Shown here: positions 13,453 to 26,549 of the stretch, in pieces
Layout: each line of letters opens with the position of its first letter
How positions within the stretch are numbered: the stretch's first letter is position 1
NCBI RefSeq assembly: GCF_004010195.1
Contig: NC_057749.1
Location: 18,454,488-18,518,487 of the forward strand
Direction: 5' to 3'
Source: Chiloscyllium plagiosum
Lineage: Eukaryota
DNA length: 64,000 bases
Made by a program: the position numbers and the translations under genes
Notes under the pieces: model-generated
The model's database searches: none
Told to the model about the DNA's origin: nothing
Seen by the model: only the letters and a program-made list of their open reading frames with translations

Positions 13453-14160
13453 TTAGAAACAACTGTGCCAAAGATAATTACATAATGATAAGATCAGAGT
13501 TGGCTGAGGAGGACTGAGGAACAAGTTTAGCAGAAAAGACAGTTGATGAACAAAAGCAGACGAGGAGAAAACAAAAGACATTCCAGGGAGGAAGGAGGAT
13601 TTTAGGAAGGAGATAAACTGACCAAAGGACATTAATTCAGTATCAAATTGAAAGAAAAATTATACAATATAGCAAAGATTAGAGATAAATCAGAGGAATG
13701 TGAAATATTTAAAGGCTAACAAAAGATTGCAAACAATAATTAAGAGTGAAAAAATAAACAGTGCAAACTAAAATAATATAAGAACTGATGGTAGGAGCTT
13801 CTTTAAATATACAACAAGGAAAAGAAAGGACAAAGAAAACAGGCTCCTGACAGAGCAAGGTTAAGGAAATAATCGATAGCCAGGAAATGTCATAGGATTT
13901 GTAAAAGATTCTTTGTATCAATCTCTACCATAAAGGGCACTAATAGCATTCCAAAGATGCTAAATGTTCAAGTGGCCTGAGTGGGGAGGAAGTAAATAGT
14001 TAATTATCATTAGAGAAAATTAATGGAGCTGAAGGCCTATAAATCCCTGGACCTGATGGGATGTGCCTAGGATATTAAAAGAAGCAGTTACTGAGATGTA
14101 CTGGTAAGGTACCACACATTGGGCATCTTCATAAGATGCCCATTGCGGGTAATCTATTAG

Positions 14161-14290
14161 GAGAAAGTAAGGACTGCAGATGCTGGAGATCAGAGTCAAG
14201 AGTGTGGTGCTGGAAAAGCACAGCCAGTCAGACAACCTCCAAGGAGCAGGAAAGTCGACATTTTGGGCATAAGCCCTTCATCAGGAAGGG
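14161..14290 (-). mobile_element. PLE terminal fragment with 7-bp TSD, decayed hammerhead
   Basis: ctattag at 14154-14160 and 14291-14297. Minus strand reads CUGAUGA-A-GGGC(UUAU)GCCC-AAAAU-GUC. Confidence 0.85.
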
Positions 14291-17200
14291 CTATTAGCAT
14301 TGGTAGCGGGCTAGTAGAGGTCCCAGAGTTGGGACAAAGAGGACATTTACAAAATGGCAATCTGTAACTAGTGGAGTGCTCCAGGGAACCATGCTGAGGC
14401 CACAGTTAGTTACAACATTTATTAATGACTTGGATGAAGGATGCAAATGAACTATGGTTAATTTTGTGAATGGCACAAAAATGGGAGGGTAAGGAGTGAG
14501 GATGACACAAGGAGTCTGCAGAGGGATGTAGACAGATTGAGAGGGGCAGAAGCTTGATGGACTGTTACGTGGGAAAATGTGAGGCTGTGAATTTTGGCAG
14601 AAAGAATAGAGGAGCTGAATATTATTTAAATGGAAGAAGACTGCTGAAAACTGCAGCACAGAGATTTGAGGATCCTTGTGCATGAGTCACAAAAAGCTAG
14701 CACCCATGTTCCATTTGCCTTCCATATTATATGCTGAATGTTGGTCTTCATACTCAAAGGGAATGGAGTATGGAAATAGAGAAGTCATGCTGGAACTACA
14801 CAAGGTACTAGGCATGCTGCATGTATAATACTCTGAACAGGTTTGGTTCCCTTATCTAAACAAAGATGTCCTGTCATTGGAGACTGTCCACAGAAGGTTC
14901 TCTCAATTGATTCTGGGTATAGATAGCTTTTCTTATGTGCAGTAGCTGTGTTGGTTGAGATTGTACTCTGTGGAGTTTAGAAGAATGCAAATTGACTTTA
15001 TATTGCAACACAAGATTCTTGGGATGCTTGATGGGGTAGATATGGCAAGGTTGTTTCCCTTGTGGGAGAGTCTGTGATCAGAAGGCATAATCTCAGTATG
15101 AGCATGGCCCATTTAAGTCAGAGGTGAGTTGTTTTGTGTGGTGAAACTTTAGCAGAGAGCTGTGGAGACTGGGTCATTAAGTATACCTAAGGCTGTGAGA
15201 TTTTGTTTTGAATTAGTAAGGGAATCAATGCTTATGGAGAAAAGGCAGGGTAATGAAGTTGAAGATCGGTTGTGACCTCATTAAATGGCTAAGCAGAGTT
15301 ATTGGGCCAGTGGCCGAATGATGCTTCTGTGTTTTATGGTATTATTAAGTGCACACCTTGGGCCTAAACTTGTGAAGGAATACTTTTCAAATTTGGGATG
15401 AAGCTTGTAGCATTAGCAGACACGGGACCAGAGTCTTTTTTTGGGGGTGGGAATGGTAGGGTGTTGGTTGTGAGGACCAGAAGTGGGTTAGAGAAGGCAG
15501 AGTTTTTGAAGGTTTTTGTTTTCAGAGCTAGAGGATGCTACAGGGAAAGGAGGAGACTTGCATCAGACCCTAGGGATTATGAAGCTCCCTTGATAGTTGG
15601 TCGTTTGATTCTGAAGGTTCTCTGGGAGTAGTTCAACCGCACACACAATCCATATGTTGGAGAAAACTCCCAGGGTATAGTCAGGCTTTTCCTCCATGTT
15701 GCCTGTCTGCCTGTGTATTGTGTAGGAAATTAAACCTACCAAGCCAAGGTTAGAAAGCTGTGGTGTTGATGTAAATTTGATCTGGGTCTGATATCTTCCT
15801 AAGAACTAGAAGCATTCAGTTCAAAGGGAGCAGGTAGGAGTATGTTTTTTTTTGGGAGAGAAGGAGAGAGCTCAGGAGTGATACTGGTTGGGGCAGGTGA
15901 GTCTCAAGTGGGCTTTTTGGATCATGTATTTCTTTCTGTTCATGGAGTTTGAGATTAAAAGGTGTCGTGTGAGAGAGGTCAAGCTGGAGTGTTGAGTTTG
16001 CTATAACAACAGTTACCAGGTATGGTCTGCCCCCTGCAGGCCAGTTAGAATATCCCAGCTGCTGGCTGAGACATTGGCATTTCCTGTTGGCTCCCTTCAA
16101 GTCTGCAATGTATTTTACAAGATGTTCTTGTTCTGACTTGGCTTGGTGATTGTAATTATAAAGTAAATCTCCTGGTTAAATATACTGCAAATTCAGTACC
16201 TACTGACGAAGATCAAACCCTCAATCCCTGCTGGGATCCTCATCACTTTCAGTCGGGAATTAATCTCAGAGCTGGAAACAAAAGTGTGCAAAGTCCTTGT
16301 ACTTAATATAAAGAACTTCACAGTGAGTGAAGAAGCTGTCACCTGATACTGGGATTCACAAGGTGTTTGTATAACACCTGAGCAGCCCATGCGATGAGAC
16401 AATATCTTAGCAGTGAGTTGGAGGCAATTGGAAGCACAGTTTCTGGTCTATTACCCAAACAGAGACATGGGATTTGGACTGTTGGCTTTCCAGTCCATTC
16501 CTACACAATTATATAAGGGGGTTGGCGGGGGCATCCAGTCTTCAAAAGGAAGTGTTCTGCGTCTATGTGAAACAAACAGGGAAGTGAGACTGAGGGCTCA
16601 TGATTGTCCCTGACTGCTGCGTAGTCTTGCTTTGTATGCTTTTATAAACTCTTCAAAGCAATCTATTGTGTGTATTTCTGGAATTCTGGCAGTGCAGGTA
16701 CACAATGTGTTGAATTAGCTTATCTGTATCCTGTTCTGCTGGAGTTGCACAAAATGATTGCTGTGCAACCTGAACTCTAAAAGATATTTTGGACCTTGCT
16801 TGATTAAGTTGGGAAACTGCCATGTTACAAGTAGTGGCTCGGAATAAAATGGTTATGACTGTGTCTTTTTGAGAGCTGGCACTGTTAATGTTGTTTTAAT
16901 AACATGCCAGCTGACCCTGTAAGGTTTGATTAGTGATTACAATAGGGCTCGAATTCTGTGTATTTGTCATTTTGAAGCAGAAACTTGGCATGGTCTCTTT
17001 TGAGGTTGTAAAGTGTTTGACGAAGTTTGGAACAGTGGCTTCGTTGTACTCGGGTCAGTGTGATGTTTTGTTTGTTTATGCAGACTGGCAGCAAGCCCAA
17101 CCTTTCTGTCCTTAGATTCCTTGGTTCTAAGGGGTCACTTTTGTCTTTAAGTTGAGATTAATGGAATAAGTGACCTATGCATCCATGTTCTGCTGGCTGT

Positions 17201-17431
17201 GACAAGTTGCAGTAGTCTAGGCCTCCAATTCATCGTATTGTGCACACTGCCTATTCTTTGCTAAAGTCAGCACACCAACACCAAGACCATTATTGACTGC
17301 TGGTGAACAGAGCCACAGAATGGTCCTCAACAGCTGGAGAATGGGACAACAATAAATCCTGAGTGACCAGAGATAATAAGAAGTTTTTACCTGCACAACA
17401 CAACACTTCTAAGGAATAAAATATCCTAAGT

Positions 17432-17608
17432 TAAGCTGGTACAATTGCAACATTTAAAAAGCATTTGGATGGGTTTATGAATAGGAAGGGTTTGGAGGGA
17501 TATGGGCCAGGTGCTGGCAGGTGGGACTAGATTGGGTTGGGATATCTGGTCAGCATGGACGGGTTGAACCGAAGGGTCTGTTTCTGTGCTGTACATCTCT
17601 ATGACTCT
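17432..17608 (+). mobile_element. Young CR1 3' end
   Basis: Closely matches 53910-54078 and the reverse complement of 63338-63481. ctaagt flanks both sides (possible TSD). Confidence 0.9.
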
Positions 17609-18185
17609 AAGTCTCACACACTTCTAATTGGACTGAAGTTGGAAGGCTCGTTAAGCTGGGGGTTGATGCCACAGACTCTCTTGTGCTAACCTGTTACCTG
17701 CATTGAATATTTAACAAAGGTTAAGTTTCAACATGTTACTTTCCTCTCTGAGGAGCTTGTAGGAAAGGGACAGGTTTACTAGAGATCTCTTGTTCTATTT
17801 GTCAAAAAAAATTGAATACAAATTGTTTTTTGCATCTTATGAAGAATTAAATGTGATGCAGCAACTGCACTGAAATTGTTCAACTCACTGTTTCAACTTG
17901 AGTTTTGAGCATGGCAGAATGCAAAGTCACATATCCACAGATGCTAGCCTCCTGCAAGCAAATCCTCTTAGTAAATCTCTAATTCTCTAAACACCTCGCT
18001 TATTCACGAACATGGGTGGAGCAAACAGCTTTATGGTTAGTTTTTTTTAAATTAAACTGGAAGTTATCTGGCGAATATTTCATTTTCAATGGGAAAAGAT
18101 ACCAAACTACAAATAAGATGCAGAATGAATAGAGGACTAGACAGGTTAATCCCATACTTTAGAAAACTCACAAATAGTATGTATA

Positions 18186-18480
18186 TGGAGGCAATGGCCT
18201 AGTAATATTATCGCTGGACTGTTAATCCAGAGACCCACATAATGTTCTGGGGACTTGGGTTTGAACACTGCCATAGCAAATGGCAGAATTTGAGTTCAAT
18301 GACTATCTGTAATTAAGAGTTGAATGAATGACCATTGCCGATTGTTGGAAAAGCCCAAAGGTTCACTGATGTTGTTTAGGGAAATGACTCCAGACCCACA
18401 GCAATGTGGTTGACTTTTAACTGCCCTCTGAGCAATAAAGGCTGCCTAGCCAGCGGCATCCTCATCCTGTGAATGAATAA
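18186..18480 (+). mobile_element. tRNA-headed SINE (short form)
   Basis: ggaggcaatggcctagt head, gggtttgaa B-box-like motif, gactccagacccacagcaatgtggttgac core, cctagccagcggcatcctcatcc tail. Confidence 0.82.
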
Positions 18481-18771
18481 ATGAAATTTAATAAACTTAG
18501 GCTGACAGTATATGAATGATGGACTTTAAAATGCAGAATGCAATAAACCTTTCATTTTTATTATGTCAGTTAAGTATACCTGTGTTTTGCAATGTAATTA
18601 TTCATGGTCATAAATTATTTTATGCTTTTCTTAGTTCAATTATGAATTATATTACTTCTTTAATTTGCATTGTCATCTCAATTCAACACCTAGCCCTATG
18701 ATGATTTTCTAATAAGCCAATTGTCTAAAACCAACTATCTGTTTCTCTCTTTTTCTCCATCCTTTCACCAG

Positions 18772-18859
18772 GTGTACTGGTGGTGAATGTGACTTGGCGG
18801 AACAAAACTTATGTTGGAACACTTCTGGATTGCACAAGACATGACTGGGCACCCCCAAG
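18772..18859 (+). CDS. ZNF609: ZNF609 internal coding exon (88 bp), (G)[28 protein letters not shown](R)
   Basis: Polypyrimidine tract + cag acceptor ending 18771, AG|gtgagc donor at 18860. Encodes the conserved ZNF608/ZNF609 motif. Phase 2 end joins the exon at 23205 (AG+A = Arg). Not in the ORF track. Confidence 0.96.
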
Positions 18860-18979
18860 GTGAGCAAAGGGATAAAACTGTGGAGGTATAGGAAATTTGT
18901 GGTGAGAGAATATTGGAATAGTAAATACATGAATGACCCGTAACACCCTGGTGACCACTGTTGTACGTAGACCATTCAC

Positions 18980-19632
18980 AGTCCACCGATTCCTACACAA
19001 CACATCCAGAGACTGTAGACACCCTGCCAACATTAAAGACATCTCGGAGATGACGACCAGACTACTCTGGCCCCTAGGCATTACGGTAGCCCACAAACCC
19101 ATCACCACACTGATGAATTTAAAGGACCCTGTACCAACAATCAGCAGAGCGAACATCATATACAACATACCCTGCAAGGACTGCAACAAACATTACATTG
19201 GACAATAGGCAGGAAACTAGCCACCAGGATACATGAGCAGCAACTAGCCACCAGGATACATGACCAACTTTCACTAGTATCCATACACACAGACGAAAAG
19301 GGACTCCAGTTAACTGGAACAATTATGTCCATCCCGGGCAGTTTAAACAAAGACATGCAAAAGGGAATTCTTTGAGGCCTGGCAATCAAACAGAAACCCC
19401 ATTAACAAGCATATGGATTTGGACCCCGTTTACTAACCTCTCTGAAAAAGAACCGGAAATGATATCACCCACCACAACAGACCAAGACAGATAAATGGCA
19501 AGCAAGAACAGAACACCAGCACCTCATCTGAGGCCCTCTGATGATGTTACCTCCCATGGTGATGATACGTCTGAGAACAAATCTACCAGCTCAGCGAGCA
19601 AACTTACAACCTGAGCTACAAATCTTCTCCAA
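18980..19632 (+). mobile_element. PLE (Penelope/Poseidon-like) GIY-YIG fragment + 3' end
   Basis: NIIYNIPCKDCNKHYIGQ GIY-YIG motif. Degenerate hammerhead CUGAUGA..GAUAC-GUC at about 19534-19575. Homologous to 61690-62350. Confidence 0.9.
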
Positions 19633-20494
19633 TTTCCCATAGACCATCCGTTATGTTTCCTTGTCTGGTTACAGGTCTAGTCTCAACAAAATAGGTGCAA
19701 TGAGAGATGTTTGTGGTGCTGAATGATCCACAGTCTCCCCGCCTATGCCATCTAACTGTTCCTTTAACTGTCCTGGTGTTTGCCTTTGTTTTCCTGTTGT
19801 GTGTTTGAACATCTTGTATTGGCTCAGGATCCTTTGTGCTCTCATCACCCCTCACTACAGTTGTTTAAACTTTCTGACAGCTGTTATACTATCTCTGATG
19901 ATCCAGACATGCTTTAAGTTTTGTTTTGAATTGTCAAATAGCTAGAACAAGGCAATATAATTGTTGTAAAGTCCAGATTCATGCCAATATTTTTATTAGA
20001 TGCTTAAGATTACTTTGATATAAGAAGGGTAGACTTTTCAGTCAATGAATGTATTGGGAAATTTCCTGGGCTGTTCTAATTAGCTTGGGAACAGTGAATA
20101 TTGCCATGTTGTCCCTTTCAGTACCTCACTTTAATCTTTAATTGGCTTAATTCTGTGAATTTGTACGCAGGTTAGTTTCACCCACTGTAACACAGCCAGC
20201 ATGGAAATTGTCTGAACGTTGAAGAGTTTTGCATTAATTCAAGGGCATAGTGCCAGCCGAATTCAACAAAATATGATTGGAAATGACTTGTCACCTGCAC
20301 TCCTTTCTCCCAAATGCTTCTGATCCCACCTGGTTTGATGTGGGACAGTGTTGTGCAGAAGCCAGATTTTCCCCTGCATCAACTGAGGTTGATCAGGACA
20401 ATTGTAGTGAGCCGTCCATGCCAACATTTTTTCACTAGTCACCTTGATACCCCAGCGAAGCACAAACCTCACTAAAATAGATTATTGGAAGGCA

Positions 20495-22470
20495 TCCACA
20501 GAGTCATGCAGCACAGAAACAAACACTTCAGTCCAACTCATCCATGCCAACCAAGTTTCCCAAACTAAATTCATTCCACTTGCCTGCATTTGGCCCATAT
20601 CCTTTAAACCTTTCCTATTTATGTACCCATCCAAATGTCTTTTAAAAGTAACTGTACTTGCACCTACCACTTCCTCTGGCAGTTCATTCCACACACAAAC
20701 CACCTTGTTTGTGAAAATGTTGCCCCTCAGGTCCCTTTCAAATCTTTCTCCTAAAAAATATGCCCCCTACTTTTGAGCTGCCCCACCCTAGGCAATTGAC
20801 CGTTACTGTTCATCTTATCTATGCCCTTCATGATTTTATAAACGTCTATAAGGTCCAACTCAACCTTGTATACTTTGGTGATAAAAGTCCCAGTCTATCC
20901 TGATAAATCTTTTCTGAACCCTCTATTTAATAATATCCTTTCGAGGGCAGGGCAACCAGACCTGTACACAGTTCTCCAAATGTGGTCTCACCAATGTACA
21001 ACCTTAACATAATGTCCCAACTCCTAAACTCAGTAGTCTAAGCAATGAAGGCAAGCATGCTAAACATGTTCTTAACCACCCTGTCTACATGTGATGCAAC
21101 TTCCAAAGAACTATATGCCTGAACTCCTTGGTTTCTTTGTTTGACAGTGCTACCCAGGGCTCTACCATTAACTGTATAAGTCTTACCCTTGTTGGTTTTT
21201 CCAAAATGCAATACCTCACATTTATATCCAAATTAAACTCCATCTGCCACTGCTCAGTCCATTGGCCTGATTGATCAAGATTCCTTTATAATCTTCACTG
21301 CTGACAATGCCACCAATTTTAGTGTCATCTGCAAACCTAGTAACCATGCCTCCTAAATTCTCATCCAAATCGTTTATATAAATTACAAACAAAAGTGGAC
21401 CCAACACCAATCTCTGCAGAACACGATTGGTTACAGGCCTCCAGTTCACCACCAACTTCTGCCTCCTACTGTCAAGCCAATTTAATATCCATTTGGCAAG
21501 CTTTCCCTGAATCCATGTGATCTAACTTTACTAATTAGTTTACCATATGGAACCCTGTCAAAGGCTTAGTCCATGTAGAAAATGTCTACTGCTCTGTCCT
21601 CCTCAATCTTTTTGGTTATGTCCTCAATCAAGTTAGTAAGGCATGACTTCCCATGCACAAAGCCATGCTGACTATCCCTAATCAGACCTTGCCTCCCCAA
21701 ATGTATGTAAATCTTATCTCTCAGAATCTCCTCCATGAACTCCAAACTCTCATATCTAACATCAGCCAGCCTCCTGTCCTCGGACACCTCGCCCAAGGCT
21801 GCAAATGATGCAAATATCTCTCTTAGGTCTCCCGCAATTTCTTCCCTAACTTCTCACAATGCCCTGGGATATATTTGATCAGATCATGAAGATTTATCCA
21901 CCTTGGATCTTTAAGACATGCAGTGCTTCCTTTTACTTAATGTGGACTGTCTTCAAGACCTCCGTATTTATTTTCCCAAGTTCCCTAACCTCCATTTCTT
22001 ACTCTACAGTAGAAACTGCTGCTAAATATTTGTTTATTATCTCTCATCTCCTGTGGTTCTACACATAGACAACCTCATTGATCTTTAAGGGGCCCTATTT
22101 TCTCCTAGTTGCTTTTTCGCTCTTCATGTATTTGTAGAATCTCTTTGGATTATCTTTAGCCTTGGAAGATAAGGTTATCTCATATTCCCTTTTTGCCCTC
22201 CTGATTTCCTTGCATCCCTTGTACTCTTCAAGAGATTCACTTGATCGCCATTGTTTCTACCAAAATGACTCCTTAGCCTTGATCAGAGCCTCAATATTTT
22301 TATTCATCCATTGTTCCCTCTTCTTAGCAACCTTACTTTTCACTCTTACAGGAACATAATGCCTCTGAACTCTCGTGATCTCACTTTTGAAAGCGTCCCA
22401 GTTGCCAGTCATCCCTTTACCTGAGGACAGTTTACTCCAATCAACTCTCGAAAGTTCCTTGGAAGTTTCA
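20495..22470 (-). mobile_element. CR1 LINE ORF2 remnant + 3' UTR
   Basis: ORFs 20482-20703, 21222-21455 (LGPLLFVIYINDL..FADDTK) and 21566-21796 (QHGF..GKSCLTNL). Confidence 0.9.
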
Positions 22471-22524
22471 TACCATCAAAAATTTGAAAAACATCCAAAA
22501 GCGCTTGTAAACTCCTTCCCTAAT

Positions 22525-22842
22525 AGAATCCCTACAATGTGGAAATAGGCAATTTTGGCCCAACAAGTCCACACTGACCCTCCGAAGAGTATCCCACCCA
22601 GATCCATTCCCCTACCCTATGACTGTACAGTTTCCCTGACTAATGCACCTAACCCACACATCCCCGAACACCATGGACAATTTAGCGTGGCCAGTTCACT
22701 CTAACCTGCACATCTTTGAACTGTGGGAGGAAACCAGAGCACCCTGAGAATGTGCAAACTCCACACAGACAGTCTCCAGAGGCCAGAATTGAACCTGGGT
22801 CCCTGGCGCTGTGAGACAGCAGTGCTAACCACTGAGCCACCA
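22525..22842 (-). mobile_element. HE1-like V-SINE
   Basis: Minus strand starts ggtggctcagtggttagcactgctgtctcacagcgccagggacccaggttcaattc (A/B boxes), followed by the V-type core. Confidence 0.9.
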
Positions 22843-23204
22843 AGCTACCCTTAATTGATTTTCTTCCTTTTTCATTTAACTCTGTGAAACAGCCTGAAGA
22901 CCTTGACTTTTTTTCCAGAAAACTTACTAAAGGAAAGTTTTATCTGCGTTCACTCTTTAACTCAGCATTGTCCTTTCCACTGTGTTTTGAATGTATTTAA
23001 TATCTTAGAATGTATTGTTGAATGAATTTATTATCCTCACTTCCTTATGTAGTGATTAGGTTTCATAAGTAGAACTGCTCTTTATTAGTGCCGACCCTTT
23101 CATTATCCCTTAAACTTGGTTGTGAACATTCTTTAAATGAGAAATCCTACAGTGTTCTCTTGTTTAGCTCACTGTGGTCGTTGATTGTTATGTGCCTTCT
23201 CTAG

Positions 23205-25665
23205 ATTTTGCGAATCACCGACGAGTGACCTCGAAATGAGAGGAAACAATCGAGGTAGGGGGAAACGGACCCGGCCTACTACAAATGCCCCAGTGATTGA
23301 GGCCACCACCGTGCCAGACAACAAGGTAGTCACCAAAACCCGGGCATGCACGAGTAGCAAGGGGCGTCGGGGCAGCCAGAACTCCTCGGACAGACGTACC
23401 CCAACTAACACAGTCGAGGACGTCAAGGCAAGCCCGTCAGCTGGAAACAAAAGGAAAAACAAGCCTGCTCCAGACTTGGACGTAACCTCGAGTTCTGAGG
23501 ACTCAAAAGGAGGGAAGAGGATGCGTTCAAATTCACGCGGAACTGCAACCCCGACTCCGGTTACAGGGATGAAAAGCGAGCCTCCTGTGCCTGAGCATAA
23601 CTGTCCGTCACCCGTTCTCATTGATTGTCCGCACCCTAACTGCAACAAGAAATACAAGCACATTAATGGCCTCCGCTATCACCAGGCCCATGCGCATACA
23701 GACAGTGACGGGAAACTTGAAGGAGATATTGACAGCGAGGAGAAGAACTCAGATGGTGAGGACTGCACCCAACACCCATCGCTGAGCCAGGATTCCAGCA
23801 GCTGCAATGGCTCTTCCAGCTCTCACACATTCTGCCAGGCAAAGGGCTCCATGTCCCCTGCTCGCTCAGTCACACCCAAAGGCAGGAGAGAAGGCAGCAT
23901 GGAAGCTCATAGTCCTTCCCCTGCTGCAAAACTCATTGCTGGGAAGGGCTCTAGTAAAAAGAAAGTCTCTTCAGAGGCTGATACTGAGTCTGGTGGGATG
24001 TATAATATTGAGTGTTCGGAAGAAGGGCCTTCAGTGGCCAGCCCAAGTGATGATACAGGCAATGACGGAGACGATTCAAGCGAAAAGAAGTCAGTCTTGG
24101 AAAAGGATAAAGCCAAGAAGTCGAGCAGTTTGAAATCAGAGAAGCTTCCACTCAAAACCAAATCAGCCAGGCCCATTGTCCCTGCCATGCCTGCGCAGAT
24201 GTACAGCTTTCCCACTACTGGGTTTACTGCATCTGGCCCAGGGCCTGCTCAGAGCCTGGCCACCACTGTGGTCCAAGCGATGTCCAAGAGCCCCCCACTC
24301 AAAGCCATTCAACCCAAGCCAACTGTCATGGGGGAGCCGTCAACAGTCAACCCAGCTCTCACCCCCTTAAAAGAGAAGAAGAAAAAAGAAAAGAAGAAGA
24401 AGGATGCCAAGGAAGCAGCAAGTCCCAAGCCACTGGGGAAAGGAGGAAAGCCTGAGGATGGCAAAAGCCCCTTCCGAGATTCCTCCGCAGATGCTGCTCC
24501 CAAAGGGGAGGGCCTCCTAAATGGTTCTTCTGAGTCACATGAGAGTCGCTTGGCAAGTATCAAAGCCGAAGCGGACAAAATCTACAGCTTCACCGACAAT
24601 GCCCCGAGTCCCTCCATTGGCACAGCCAGCAGGCTAGAAGGCAGCAGCTTGGTAACACCCATCACTCCCTTACACGTGGTGACACAGAATGGAGCCGACA
24701 GTTCTTCAGTCAAGACCAATAGCCCAGCTTACTCTGACATCTCGGATGCAGGAGAAGATGGAGAGGGGAAGGGAGAAGGTGCCAAAGTCAAAACAACATC
24801 TCCGGACCAAATGGCGAAGGAAAGTGCCAAGAAAGCATTATTTTCCTCCTCATCGTCGACCTCCTCTTCTTCTTCATCCTCTTCTTCAAGAACTCAGCCA
24901 CCTTTAACTAAGGAAACTCACTCTCCTTACTATCAAGGTTATGAAGCCTACTACTCTCCAAACTACCCCCACTCGAGCCCTGGGGGTGCCAGTAGTGGTT
25001 CAGGAGCAGTCAGTCATTCGGTCAAAATCAAGAAGGAAGTAGAGGAGGAGGGTGCAGAGGTGAGGGTCAAAGTTGAAAATGCAGATGATAAAAAGATTGA
25101 CATGGGCACTACAAGTCACCATCCTTCAGTGATCCAGCAAAGGCCCCAAATGTACATGCAGCCTCTCTATTACGGCCAGTATGCATATATGCCTCAGTAT
25201 GGGTACAGTGAGCAGGGATACCACAGTCATGTAATGAGCACAAATCCAGCATACAGGCAGCAATACGAAAAACTCTGTGAGGAACAACACAAGCAGAGGC
25301 AAGAGCAGAATCGTGGGAAACACAACACCAACGACACCGAGAAGAAGCAAGAGCATAGCATTAAAGATCGAGACAGGGAGGAATGGAAACAGAAGTCTTC
25401 TGCCTCAGCCACACTGTCAAAAGCCCCAAGCCTGACAGACCTTGCAAAGCCGGTGCCCAACAAACCTAAGGACTCAACGGACTCCATGAAATATGCCATT
25501 ATGGCAAAAGCAGACGATGTCTCCAAGGTGCAGTCCCAGCAAGCTGAGGGACTAAAGATGAAATTGACTGAGGGGAGCCACCTTGGCAGGGAGTTATGTG
25601 AAACCAAACCCAGTCTAGAGTCCAGCAAACACTCAGGAATGGATCCAACACTATGGTACAGACAG
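23205..25665 (+). CDS. ZNF609: ZNF609 large coding exon (2461 bp) with C2H2 zinc finger
   Basis: Lies in ORF 23185-25683. Acceptor ttctctag ending 23204, donor CAG|gtaag at 25666. Contains FCESPTSDLEMR, CPHPNCNKKYKHINGLRYHQAHAH, LASIKAEADKIYSFTDNAPSPSIG and SPAYSDISD. Confidence 0.97.
23626..23697 (+). other. ZNF609: C2H2 zinc finger (CPHPNCNKKYKHINGLRYHQAHAH)
   Basis: C-x4-C-x12-H-x4-H spacing read from the translation. Confidence 0.95.
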
Positions 25666-26549
25666 GTAAGAATCAAATTCTGAAATCATACAGCTTGCAG
25701 GTTGTTCTACACTAACAGCCACCGTCAATACCCCAGCCCTCCACCCCAGATGAAGAATTAACAACAAAATTTCACTGCTATTTTTACATCAAAATGAATT
25801 GGAATCCATGTAAGTTAAATATGAACTAATAGTCAAATGATACATAAGTCGATAAATTTCACTTTAAAGTCTAAATATAACAAAGATATATCTTACAAAG
25901 CCACAGAGACCTGCATCACTCCCCACAGACAAGTGCAGTTCCAACTTTCTCTAATATCATCTCTGATGTGTGGAATATCTCAAATTTCCACTCAATTGAT
26001 TCCGTCTCTAAGTCACATTCGTTACTAGCTGGATTCTACCTAAGGTTTTTGGAGGTGGGCATCACCAGAATGGTATGCACCTGTACAATAACCTTAGCTA
26101 GGTTTGCAACCGCCTTAGTGACACAAATTGCTCTTCAATAAATCCTAGCAAATGGTCTGGTCAGCTCTGACAAAACCCAAAGCAGCAACACTAGAATTGT
26201 CCAATTCCAGCTGGTGCTGTAACCATTCTTCAACATTCTGTCCAGTTTTACTGTGTTACACACATCATCTTCTCTTTCTGCCATCTGCAGATCTCTTAGC
26301 AGTCCTTTTCAAACATTTTTAAAAAAGAACAGTTACTTCCGTGTACATTTTGAAGAAATTATGAATTTAACTTGCTGCATTGCTTCCAGCTCAAAAGTCA
26401 TCATGAACTATATCTTCACCTAACCTGACCGCAACACAATGGCATTGCCAGGCTTGATTTAATGGCCAGTCATTCGTGAATTCTGTTCCAAATAGCATAG
26501 AATTAAAATGCAAACTAAACTGATGCAAATATAAGGAAAGAAGTTGAAT

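Larger units (their letters stand above)
13150..15340 (+). mobile_element. Old CR1 ORF2 remnant with two PLE insertions
   Basis: KSxGPDG-like motif near 14040, vPQG/INDL region near 14370-14430, and a 3' tail. Homologous to 35360-36000. Confidence 0.8.

Noticed and set aside
15371..16245. Possible solo LTR (tgtgaagga...tcctcatca)
   Set aside because: Termini only loosely inverted, no TSD consistent with TG..CA ends, and no second copy.
1..18771. Search for upstream ZNF609 exons (for example the CLGPCEPGTSVNLEGIVW motif)
   Set aside because: Not found by eye, so the region is treated as intron. A small exon could have been missed.
19215..19263. 22-bp direct repeat aactagccaccaggatacatga
   Set aside because: Only two units inside PLE coding sequence. 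The related copy near 61930-61980 has the same partial repeat. Not a CRISPR-like array.
23152..23204. Alternative acceptor tgtttag at 23167 that would give a stop at 23202-23204
   Set aside because: It lies upstream of the likely branch point (ctcac, 23168-23172) of the in-frame acceptor, and nothing indicates it is used.
23169..25676. Antisense and alternate-frame ORFs over the large exon
   Set aside because: Shadows of the ZNF609 coding frame with no recognisable motifs.
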